The translations under genes were made by a program, and so were the position numbers. The notes below the pieces were generated by a model. It did not search any database and had not been told where the DNA came from. It saw only the letters and a list, made by a program, of their open reading frames with translations. Below are positions 13,524-24,848 of a stretch of 64,000 nt of DNA, one piece after another; within the stretch, counting starts at the first letter, position 1; each line of letters begins with the position of its first letter. Origin of the DNA: Marsupella aquatica (Eukaryota; Plantae; Marchantiophyta); the NCBI GenBank assembly GCA_973895155.1, contig OZ316898.1, positions 19,727,292-19,791,291 of the forward strand, given 5' to 3'.

Positions 13524-15273
13524 CTACCAGGGGCCGGAACTAGTCCGTCGTAACCTCGCGGACAAGACGTCCTTCTTCTTCTTTGCATTAATGCTTTTCA
13601 GAACCAGTTTCTTGTACTTTTGAATGTCCTGCTCCTGAACATACAAGAAATATGCAAGAATTAGATTGATCTGCAGAGTCTCATCCGGGAAATTCTTTGC
13701 GTACATGCTTAAAATACGACAGGAGAGATTTGACAGAACACGCGACAGAAGCAAATGATAGACCAGAAGAAGGTGCATGCTAAGTACCCGCTGAGTCTTC
13801 AGCCTGTTGTTTTCTTCCTTCAATAGTGTCACTTCTGCCTCTAATTCAACGGTGTACGCCTACACATGAGTCACAAACAAGCGGAGATCAGAGCCTGGTA
13901 GACTATGAGGTGGGAACACATGCAGCCCACAGAAAAATATGAACAGTTTGGTAAAATTGCTAGAGAATATCAACCTGTTTCCTGGCTCGGGACCTCGCTG
14001 CAGACTCCCTATTTTTAATCATCCGTCTCTGTCTCCGTTCCACGACCTTCTCCACAGGCCCGTCCGCACCTCTCTTCCTCCCTCGCATGGATCCGTCAAA
14101 ATTGCCCACGGGGGAGAGGTTGCCATGACTATTTCCCACTTCATCAGAGCCAGCACTATGTGATCCAGGGGAATTCGTAGCAAGGGCAAGAGCCATAGGG
14201 CCTCCCATCTGGATACCCAATTGCCCCAACCCCGGCGCTAGAGTACTGGCCATTCCGGTGTAGCCCCCATTGGAGCTCATGATGGGCTGCATTCCCCCGT
14301 TGGCAACCCTTGCCTTCATAGCGTAGGCATCGGCCTGCGCTTGAAACAGCTGCTGCTGTTGCTGCTGGTGAGCCTGATGCTGTGCCTGCTGCTGGCTGAT
14401 ATTGCGCAGCCAATCGACCTGGCCCTGCACTGCTTGCGGCTGCGCGATTTCACCGTTCGCAAATCCCGTGCCATTTGCAGGCGAGAGAGAGAGCGTCGCA
14501 GCCAATGACCCTGGCCCCATCCTTTCCCTCCTATCATTCCCTCGATCACTAGGACCCCCGGCTCCATTACTGCCAGTGTAGGGGGCAAAGAGAGAGTAAG
14601 GAGTCGAGGGCTGTGCCGCAAGTCCACCATCCTTGACAACCCCAGCCTTCACCAAAAACGCTTCCAGTGTCATTTCCCCATAAGTCTGGCGCCGTGAATC
14701 GCTGCTGGTCATGCCAGGGCCCGAGCTAGTGCCAGCATCCGCTTCCGCCTCTGGCGCGAGGTTGGGGTTCGTCTTTATAATGTCCCGCCACACTTCGTCT
14801 ACGGTTTTTCTGCTTATTTGCCTGGAAAGGCTGAGAGAGCCCTGTCTGGCCAAACTAGGCTGTCTAACGAGGCCCTTCTCAGAAGCCATGTGGCTGCTGG
14901 AAACCAGCTCGCCCGGCCCGGCATCACCGTCGGCATCACCACCCTCCCCGCTGCTTATCGACATCGCAGAAGCCATAGCTTGGCTCTCCTCCATAGTCCA
15001 GATATTTTTCAGAAATTCGTCCATGTTCATCGACCCAAATGCCTGCCCTGGGCCTCCCGGCTCCATCAGGGAGCGCTGCAAATCATCCAACGTGACCGAA
15101 TATATCGAACCCTGCCTAGCCAACGATTGCACCCTGGAAATTGAGCCTCCTCCCCCTCCTCCTCCAGCCATGAGTGCATTTCCGTTTGCCGTGCCGCTAC
15201 TGCTCTGTGCATGGTTTGCCATCGGTCGCGCATGAGCCTGCTGTGGTGCCTGCGCTTGAGATTGCAAACCCAT
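13524..15273 (-). CDS. ABI5: Group A bZIP transcription factor (ABI5/ABF-like); exons 15273-13975, 13859-13788, 13634-13524
   Basis: C1 LARQGSIYSVTLDDLQ, C2 LARQGSLSL..SRKTVDEVWRDI, C3 RQTYGEMTLEAFLVKAGVV; bZIP VVERRQRRMIKNRESAARSRARKQ|AYTVELE; C-terminal RRTSSGPW; typical 72-nt exon. Confidence 0.93.
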
Positions 15274-15318
15274 CGAACTCCACCACAATCCGTCAGCACA
15301 TCCTCTCAACGCAACCAC

Positions 15319-15358
15319 AACTCAACTCAACTCAACTCAACTCAACTCAAATCAACTC
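15319..15358. repeat. (CTCAA)n microsatellite in the ABI5-like 5' leader, followed by CT/GA-rich tracts to ~15800
   Basis: Read directly from the sequence. Confidence 0.85.
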
Positions 15359-15848
15359 CTCGATCCCCACTCTCCCTGCTCGCTTTGTGTTGATGTATCG
15401 GCCAAATCAACGATCAAACATCGGTAGGGAAAACGCAGAGGAGCGCGCACAGGAGGGACGACGACGAGGGCAGAGGGAGGGCAGGGGCCCTCCCTACCGC
15501 GCCTGGCGAGCGACTCCTTCGACCTCGATCGATGATATTCCAAACAAAAAAAAGCCAGAACTTGACTTCGCTCCCTCCTCTCTCTCTCTCTCCTCTTCTC
15601 CTCCTCTGTCCTCTCCTCTCCTCTCCTCTCCTCTACTCTCGTCTCCCCACCTCACCTCCTGCTCCGTGGCGATGGAGTGGTGTGCTCGGCAGACGAAGAG
15701 TGCGAGCACGACCGACACGACGAATGTTCCTCTCTCGATGATGAGATTGTGGGCGCTCTGGCTCTCTCGCTCTCTAGCCCTCTCTCTCTCTCTCTAGTCT
15801 CTACCTGTCCATCGCTCTGCTTGCCACCGGGCGGCTCCTCTGTGCATA

Positions 15849-16550
15849 CCACACTTCCCCCTTCTAAAGTTACTCCTAGCTACCACTCAAAAGTACACTA
15901 AAATATATACTACAGGAGTTTTTCCCCCACCATCATGGAGCAAAATGGCGGGGGTAAAAGAGAAAAGCGCCACACTTCCTTCCCTTCAGAAAGTTTACCC
16001 TAGCTACCAGTAGAAGTAGTTGCCCTCCTGAACATAATGGAGCAAAATGGCAGGGGTAAAAGAGAAAAGCGCCACACTTCCCTTCAGAAAGTTTACCCTA
16101 GCTACCACTAGAAGGAGATTTCCTCCTGACCATCATGGAGTAAACTTGCAGGGTAAACGAGAAAAGCGCCACACTTCCCTTCAAAAAGTTTACCCTAGCT
16201 ACCACTAGCAAGTTTACCTCCTGATAATCATGGAGTAAACTCATTTTTTCCTGATAAGCATGGAGTAAACTCGTTTTTTCCTCATAATCATGTAGTAAAC
16301 TTGCAGGGTAAAAGAGAAAAGGGCCACACTTCCCTTCAAATAGTTACCGTAGCTACCACTAGAAGTAGTTTTCTCCTGAAAATCGTGATTGGAGCAAACT
16401 AGTTTTTTCCTGAGAATCATGGAGTGAACTTGCAGGGTAAACGAGAAAAGTACCACACTTCCCTTCAAAAAGTTACCCTTAACTAAGTGATTTTTCCTGA
16501 AAATCATGGAGTGAATCATGGAGGAAGGTCTCAGGGTATAAGAGAAAAGT
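15849..16550. repeat. Degenerate tandem array of ~6 units (97-155 bp) upstream of the ABI5-like gene
   Basis: ccacacttccc...aagtttaccctagctaccact...catggag...gggtaaaagagaaaag recurs at ~15849, 15970, 16072, 16169, 16324, 16453. Confidence 0.88.
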
Positions 16551-16970
16551 GAATGGAATGTGGAGAAAGGGGCACTTCTTGGACACTTTCCCCCTCATAT
16601 ATCTGGCAGGATAGAAGAGAAAGTGGAATTTGGAAAAATGGGTTCTTCTTTGACCACTTTCCCCTTTGTATATGGTCAGTAGAGATTTAAATGATTACCT
16701 CTCTCCAGATATCTCAAAGACTGCTCAAATTCTCATTCCCCCCCTCCCTTTCTGACTGGATGTCAGTACCATGCGAGCAAACCATAAGTTTGTGGATGTC
16801 TTTTCATGTCGCCAAGAGAATTGAGGAAAAACTAAATATTCACTGCTTTTTGTAAATTTGGTATGAAATTAAGGTTACCAGTATGTAACCATTTCTGAAG
16901 GTCCCTGTTATTTTTCCTTTATCTATTGCTTCGAATGTCATGATTATTATGTTTTTCCTTTACACATTTA

Positions 16971-17320
16971 AATATAGGGTAATGACGGTTTGGTCCTGGG
17001 TTACTAGTCTGTAACCCTATGACCAGAAAGTGAAGAAATGCTGACCGGTGGCAGCCGGGAAGTTTTTCTGAGCTTTGTGGGAACAGGTTATTTTCTGGGC
17101 AGAGGGATATGGAAATGGTGGCACCTAATAGAAAAGGTTACACACCGGTAACCTTGCTTCCTGATAGGAATTACATACTACAATGATAGTGGGTTGAACT
17201 CTACTCCCAGAATGCTCAGAAAAGCTTCCTCCCTACAGCTGGTCAGTTTTGTTTTTCACTTTCTGGTCATTTGGTTATAGCTTAGTAACCTTGTGCCCAA
17301 ATGGTCATTATCCTATACTT
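16971..17320. mobile_element. Old foldback/MITE-like element with ~120-bp inverted arms (16971-17086 and 17201-17320)
   Basis: tatagggtaatgac...atgaccagaaagtgaa...ttttctgagc pairs with gctcagaaaa...ttcactttctggtcat...gtcattatcctata. Confidence 0.7.
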
Positions 17321-18292
17321 ATACCAGTATAGTAAAGTCATGTTTATAGGCCATTGTGTGCCGGTCTTAGTATATAGTAAGGGGTCCCAAACCTCAAGAT
17401 TTGATGGACTTTAATTTAATTGGTAAGGTTACCAGCCAATAGAGTTATGAACCTATCAAATTCATAGTCCATAACTTTTTGGCATGAAGATTGGTCCATG
17501 ACCATAAGTCACTCTGGAGGTTAGTGACAAAAAGCTTTTACATAAACCCTGTGAAATAGCTATGGCCAAAAGCCATCATTTGTAACTATGAAGCTTGAGA
17601 GTCCCTAGTAAAGTACTCTTTGCAACCTCTTGCATTGAGGGCCATAATGCTCTGGTAACAAGAGCCTAAATTTTCATAACAAACTGATCCCACTTTGCAG
17701 GATCTGTCGTAATAAAATGTCTCAACATCAAAGAGCAGGAGCCTGGGGAAACTAAGAGGAGTTATCCTTAGGCGAGGGTTTATGACACGTCTCCTGGAAT
17801 TATCTAAGCTCAAAATTGACCCCATAGGTATTGTGAAAGGAAGTGAGCACCTTCTGTAGTTGCCAAGCTGCTTGCCATTTTCCTCTGAGACAGGTTCTCA
17901 CCTGCTTGCTCCTGGCCAATCTTTGGGAGATTGAATTGCGTTTTTGCTCCCAAGGTTTCCCAAGGATTGACGAAGGTGTTTGAGTACAATGCTGGCTTAA
18001 CTCCTGCTGTGTTGCATGTACCAAACTTTCAATGTTCTGACGCATCTGCTATGGCTTCGTCCATTTTGTGTGCTTCCGTCATCTTCCGAAGGTTCATTTG
18101 TGGTTCGAGGGCCTTTACTTATGAATTGTTGGATTTGGAGATTGTAATGGGTTTGTTCTCTTCCCAGTCCTGGCTGGACTCATTGATGCCGCCGATAAAT
18201 TGAATCCCGCTCATGTTTTCATCAGAGGAAGCAGGTCAAGATGTCATTAGTCTTAGTCTGGGCTCAATTTGATTGGGCTCCAGTGACCATGA

Positions 18293-18549
18293 TGAAGAAA
18301 AATTTCTCATGTATATTAGTCCCCTAATGATGGGTCATTAAGTACAGGTCTGGGACGAGAGAGTCCCGCAGAATACAAGTCGATAAGGAAAGCATGACTG
18401 GACAGGAGAGTTGCAACGAGACTAGACAGAGCGGACAAGAGCTGCATGCAGCGTGCCTAATATAACCAGGCAGCCCACCTTAAACAAAGGGAGCCTGGTT
18501 GTCCTAATTAATCCCGGTCAGCGAGATTTACGTATGCTAAATTCCAACA
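18293..18549 (-). repeat. Complete 3' LTR (257 bp); only 67 bp of the 5' LTR remains (21312-21378)
   Basis: 18483-18549 equals 21312-21378 with one mismatch. Confidence 0.88.
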
Positions 18550-18710
18550 CCCCCTCTCGAGCTAGGCTCGATAGAAACTCAGACACAGCTGTCATAGAGG
18601 TGAGGTAGAGAATCTAGACAATCAATAAGCGGTGAGTAAGGTTGATAATGTACCCCGATGGGTAGAGAGCTCAATCAAAGACTAGTCGATTGAGTGTCAA
18701 GCAAGGGAAG

Positions 18711-19196
18711 ATGGCCCAGGAGAATATCACACTGCGAGAGTCATGTATCTTTTTGTTGCTGGCAGTGATGGGATTCGTCTCTACGTTCCTGCGATATCTA
18801 CACAGTTTGTTGCAATCGGCTGAGGGGCCAGCAGATTCTGCTGGTGACAATCGTTCAGAGATGGTGAATGGATCAGGGCTAAACGAGAAGTGGCAGTCTC
18901 AAGAACTTGTAACAGTGCCAGATGTCACAACAGTGTCAAGTTGAACGTCAGATGCAGTCCGTGCTCCTCCACTAGACAGCCCAGTTGGCCTAAGTGAGAT
19001 GCCGCCGCGGCGCTACTATGCAGTAGTGGTTGGATTTCGACCAGGCATCTACTTATCGTGGGAGGAGTGTCAGCCTCAAGTCTCAGGATTTAGAGGCAAC
19101 AAATTTAAGTCGTTTAGAACTCGATCTGAGGCAGAAGAGTATTTGAGCCGTGAGACTAGTCTGCTTGGTCGGACTGGTGGAAGACAAATGGTGTAG
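18711..19196 (+). pseudogene. Antisense extra ORF in the copia element: N-terminal TM helix, linker and RNase H1 N-terminal/Caulimovirus P6-type hybrid-binding domain; one in-frame TGA at 18942-18944
   Basis: ORFs 18690-18944 and 18999-19196 share a frame and are joined by 18 sense codons. YYAVVVGFRPGIYLSWEECQPQVSGFRGNKFKSFRTRSEAEEYL fits the Cauli_VI/HBD consensus. Confidence 0.78.
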
Positions 19197-19256
19197 GTGA
19201 AAGTACTAGACAGTATGTTTACCAAGAGAATTCCACGAAGATTCAGAAGTGTATCA

Positions 19257-21123
19257 TCACGTTATAATTGAAGATGGTTCGATCGTTGCAAGTTCTTTTG
19301 CTGACCTCATTCCGATTGCTTGCCGATGATGCTCAAACTTGATTCTCGGTAGAACCTTCGTGAGGATGTCGGCTGGTTGATCATGTGTAGAGACATGTTG
19401 AACTAAAAGCTCACCAGCTAGTACTCGCTCTTGTATAAAGTGGTGATGAATTTCCAGATGCTTGGTTCTTGCGTGGAAGACAGGATTTTTTGCCAGTTTC
19501 AATGCACTGATGTTATCGCAGCTTAGGTGCACGTCCTGCTGAGTGGGTATATGAGCAGTTGAGAGATCAGATGCAATCTTGGCATCCTTGCACAGTTTTA
19601 TATTGGCTGGTGTGAGTTTTTGTTGTCGTAGCTCCTCAATAAGGCATTTCAAATAGACACCCTCTTGAGCTCCATCTGACAATGCCCGGTACTCAGCTTC
19701 AGTGGTTGACCTAGACACCGTGGGTTGCCGCTTGCTGCTCCATGTGATTGGTCCTGAGGCAAGGGTGAACAGGTACCCTCCTGTTTACCTTCTCGTATCG
19801 GAGCATGAGCTTCCCCAGTCTGAATCTGTGAATCCTTGTAGCTTAATGTCGGGATATTGTTGAAAGAATATCCCAAGGTCTTTGGTGTTGCTGATATACC
19901 TGAGGATGTGAATTGCTGCTTCCCAATGGGCTTGTTGGGGTTGAGACATAAATCTATTGACAAGTCCTACCGCAAACAAGATGTCGGGCCTTGTATTGGT
20001 CAAGTAAATGAGTTTTCCTACAAGTTGACAATATGTTGTTGAGTCGATATTGCTGGTGCCAGTCTCAGCCGAGAGTGTGAGCCCTTCGGGAAGTGGAGTT
20101 TTTGTTGATCTGCACTCGATCATATTGTAGTCTCGCAGCAACTGTGTCGAGTACTCAGTTTGATGCATGAGTATTCCTTGATTATTCACCGAGAAGTCCA
20201 CCCCGAGGTATCTTTTCACCGGCCCTAGATCTTTCATTTCGTACTTTGCGCTCAGCTTGGCCTTGAGATGATTGATCAGATCCTTGCTGGTACCAGTGAT
20301 GAGAAGGTCATCGACAAACAGCAGTATCACTACTAATTCTCCATCCCTTTTACACACATAGAGATTTGGATCAAGAGAGCTTCGTTCACAATCAATTGAA
20401 CGAAGAAAGGAATCTACCTCATCATACCATGCTCGTGGACTTTGCTTGAGTCCATATATGGATTTGAGAAGTCGACATACTAGATTCTCCTTCCCCTTGA
20501 CTTCGAAACCCATTGGTTGATCCATGAATATAGTTTCCTTGATTGTTCATCGTTACCACGTCCATTTGAGAGATTGGCCATCCGTACGCAGCAGCTAAGG
20601 CAACTATAAGCCTTACAGTGGACCATCTCACCAATGGTGCAAATGTTTCCTGAAAATCCAGTCCCGGTCTTTGCTCATTCCCTCTGGCCACTACTCGTGC
20701 TTTGTGTCGGATGTTTCCCTCATGATCTATCTTATTCCTGAGAATCCACTTGGAAGAGAGCGATTTCTCACCAGGTGGAAGCTGAACCAAATCCCATGTG
20801 CCGTTGCACTTGTGAGCATCCATCTCTGATTTCATTGCTTCTCTCCATTGCGTGTCTTGGATGGCGTCTTCGAGGTGGATGTCGTTTGAAGAGTCAGCTA
20901 GTAGTGCAATGGCAATATCCTGATCTGCAGTTGCAACATACATATGATGACCCAAAAAACGGTGATTATCTGACCTGATTCGAGTGGAAGGAGGTCGGCG
21001 TGGCGGTAGAGGCTTGGATTTGAGTAGTCGCGTGGTGATTGATGGAGCCGATATATCTGGAGTATGCTGGAGTGGCTCCTGTACTTCTTGATCTTCCGAT
21101 TGATTTTCTGCTTGAGGCCCCAT
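19257..21123 (-). pseudogene. Copia pol remnant (RT + RNase H) with frameshifts near 20545 and 19785; gag/PR/IN deleted
   Basis: KARVVARG, ETFAPLVR, QMDVVT, LKSIYGLKQSPRAW, LFVDDLLI, TRPDI, SRSTTEAEY, HARTKHLEIHHHFI, QPADILTK. Confidence 0.93.
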
Positions 21124-23600
21124 GTCTTCTCTTTCTTCTTGTTCTAGTGTTGAGTCCCCCTCTTGAGGGTTAATGAGACCCTCACTGACGAGAGAGGGAG
21201 ATGGGGTTGATGAGATTTGGTCATCAAAAGAAAATACATCAAAGAGACTGATAGATGAGTGGGGTACGGAGGAGAAGTCCCCAGGTGTGGTTTCAGGAGC
21301 CTGGTTGTCCTAACAAAGGGAGCCTGGTTGTCCTAATTAATCCCGGTCAGCGAGATTTAAGTATGCTAAATTCCAACACATGAATGGAAAGAAATCAGAG
21401 GGATTGACACGCCACATTGGGGCTGGATTGGGTCTGCTTGTATATACGGAAATCGTTGCCTTATGCTGCTCTCAGTCAGATGGTTGCCTAAACAGCATTT
21501 GACGGTGCGAATGAATGCTATTTTCATATTGGTATGTATTGGGCGGGTGGAAAGGGGAGGTGGGTACCTAAGTTTGCTAGTTCATTAATTACAAGTGCTG
21601 TCCAAGATACCATTGATTATATTCTGGATGAGGAACCGAATTATGAGCATTTTATAGCATGCGATACGAGTGTTTGTGCAAAGTGTATTTGATCAAAATT
21701 AGAAAAAGGATACTATGAAATATTCACTGCTGTTCCACAGGAATTCGAGGGCCATAGAAGCGAGGATGACTGGACTCCTTTTCTACTACTCTATTTATTA
21801 TCAGTTTCATAGAACTTTATGCACTTCTTTTTCGCCTGCGTGATGCACAGATCATTGCGGCTCTGAAGGGTGCTTTACTATCAGTTAAACGTCAGTCTTG
21901 TTTACTTTGAATTGTTCGAACCGATTCAATTTGAGACAGATCGAGCCTCTGTACTTTTACAGAAGTGAGATGAAAAACAAGTCTGTCATTTGATTTTGTA
22001 ATTCTGGCACCTCCTAGTTGTGGTCGGTCTTGGGGAAAGGGCCCTGGGGCATCCCTAACAACAATCATGACTTCAAAGTAAATCTCATTAAATATCTGTG
22101 TGCCAACGATGATGAAAGAAGGATACTTATTCTCCATCGGGGTTCTCAGGGACTTCAAGCTTCATTTTGTTTTCTGTGTCGTCGCAACAATGCAAGAAAG
22201 CGAGCATGATAGTTCGTCGGGGTCCAATTAGTTTAGCTTTGAGTGCAGGTGGGCACTTTGCCTTCTTCATTGTTTAAACACATGGGACTTCAAATGTTAT
22301 TATGTTTCAGGTACTCAAGTAGGAAATTGTTCAGTGATTTTTTGCCCACTTCTTTTTAGAAAATTTCCTTCATTCATGTTCACGTTCTGTAAAGCCATCA
22401 GCTGAAAGCGCTTCAGCTAGGAACTGGGAAACTCCCAAACTATACTTAAGCATCAGGATACTCCTGGAAATGGTTTCTGCCGACGGTTGAAGAGTTCGTA
22501 ATGTTTTGGGATCCACTTAGACCTCAAACACGGAGGTACGTTTGTTCTGTCAGGTCCCACTAGATGCGTTCCTTTCAATCTTCATGAAAGTAGTCCTCAA
22601 GGACGGTGAAAAAAACTAAGGACAATGCAAATCCTACCTTGGACAAAGTCATGAATGCATTTGAAGTCCAGTGTCAAATGCATTGAAGAATACCAAGCCA
22701 ACACTACACTGCAAATCAATATTAGAATAATCCAGGGTCTGAAGACAAGGTTGGACAAAAACGTTTAGCTAAAATTTGGACATTCCTCTCAATCGTTAAA
22801 TAAACAGATGGGATCACAGATTCAATGCATATATGAAATGCAATTCACCGATTTGAAGATTTCCTCTCACTAGCCAACTGAACAGATGAAAGCACCGATT
22901 GATTGCATATATGAAAGAGAGTTCACTCAGGAACCGGGAAGTTATATGCGAACACATGTTCACAACAAGCTTGCTTATAGGAGATCTCATTCTCTTTGTC
23001 AGTGCAAATTAGCTTTCTAAAATTGAAAGACAGTACCTGTCTCGGTAATTGAGCTCATTCTAACATCATTAGAGTGTGAAGTCGCAACTTGAAGAAAGAC
23101 GGCACAATTTCACTAATGATGACAACCGAAGGAAAATCGTCTTGCTCTTACGTGCCTTCGATGCTCAACGCTCAACTTCCCAACGGCTTGTGCCTATAGT
23201 AATGATCGTATGTGAATACCTACACTTCGTTTCTGTTTCATTTGTTTTCCAGTCTGCGATTCCAGTTTTGATTAGGGTTTCATTCTTTTCCAGCTTTCCC
23301 AGTCTAGGGCTAGTCATTTGCTTTTGATTGTTCAAGTTCCACATATTAAAAATTGGCTTCAAAGCATGGCATCGTAGGACCATAGAAGCACTGTCTTGCA
23401 AAAATATCTTTGCCTCCACATCCAGGCAGAGCAGCCATTGTCTAATTGCAGTCACCACTGGTCAACAATCGTTTGATCATAGTTAGTCAATTCTGGAAAC
23501 ATTGCAAATTTACAATTCAGATGTATTTATCAATGAGAACCATATGTCGGCTGTAATATGAAGTGGAAGCACCTCACAAGAATAAACGAAACTCACGACT

Positions 23601-24848
23601 TTATTTTCCTGTAGTCTCTTCCAAAGAGTGCCCGTAATGCCACTCCCGTCTACCCAGATCTTGTCTAATCCTGTAGAACTCCTCTGCATCCTCCAAAATC
23701 TGCATGTCCAGCTTCACAACACTCATGCCTTCCTCGGCCCCCAGCTTGCCCAACGCCCCCTTGAATGGTAGCGCAACCTGACTTAACCCGGCATAGTTCC
23801 CCTTATTCGGCTCCCCCTGTGGTGCACCTGCATTGACAAATATCACTGCACAAGTATTCTCAAAAGCCCTTGCCACAAGAGTGCTGTCCAGGAACAAAGC
23901 CTCTGCAAAGGGATTTTGCCTGAGGCCAGCTTCACTGCAGTCAGCGGTCCACCAGGCCGGAATTATGATGAGTTTTGCCCCAGAGGAGATCATTGCCCGG
24001 AAGGCTTCAGGGAAGGCCAGGTCCCAGCAGATGAGAAGGCCTACTCTACCGAGGGGGGTGTCAAAGGCTTCATGGGGGCTGTGGCCTGAGGATGTCAGGT
24101 ATGGGCGCTCCGGATGCCAGAGGTTTTTCTTTTGGTATGATGAGAGGATTTCGCCTGTGTTGGAGATAAAGTAGACTATGTTTACCAGGGTGTCATTGCG
24201 TTCCTCGACGATTGTGCCGGGGACGATGCAGATGTTGCACTCTTTGGCAAGGGAACAGTAGGAGTCGAGGTAGTGCTGGGACTGGGCACAGAGATCTCGG
24301 AACTTGGGGTCGTCCGGGACCCAACTTGTGAGATGGTACTCTGGGAGAACGGCAAGGTGGCAGTCCTGGGAGGCGGCCGAGCGGATGAATTCACACGCTC
24401 TGGCGTGGTTGGCCTCAATTTGCATGGGCTGCAAGTACAGAGTGAGAAAATTATGCTAAGAAACATGAAATCACATGCTTGCAGGGCTTGTCTTAATATG
24501 CATGGGCTCTAGGGAACCACACAGTGAGCCATGGCAGCTAAAACGAAGGTACAATGACACTTGGACGAGCAATATGAGGCGACAGTAATTCCATTCTAAA
24601 GAAGAATTTTACTGAAGTGCACAAGAGCGACCTTTCAATAGGAATTCGGGAGCTGGAATCAGAGGAGTATAATTTCTCTACATGCTTAACAAGAATGGGG
24701 ATGAGAACGTTCTTACGTTAGGGTAGAGCTGAATGACTGCAACTTTATATACAGGCGCCGTATCGGGTGTGGCTATTAGCTCACTGGCGTGATCGCCATT
24801 ACTCACACTGTAGCGAACATGCAGTAAAGAGATGACAATAGTGGGCAT
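23601..24848 (-). CDS. Carbon-nitrogen hydrolase (nitrilase superfamily), fungal type; exons 24848 (or ACG 24761)-24717 and 24428-23601
   Basis: Catalytic triad motifs LPEY, YQKKNLW, ICWDLAFPE, plus ARAFEN; a phase-0 GT-AG intron (24716-24429) joins APVYKVAVIQLYPN to PMQIEANH. Confidence 0.85.

Larger units (their letters stand above)
18293..21378 (-). mobile_element. Internally deleted Ty1/copia LTR retrotransposon
   Basis: TG...CA ends; 5-bp TSD CATGA at 18288-18292 and 21379-21383; PPT GAGAGGGGG next to the 3' LTR; copia RT and RNase H motifs. Confidence 0.93.

Noticed and set aside
17586-18215. Coding-like minus-strand stretch with stops
   Set aside because: No identifiable homology; too weak to call
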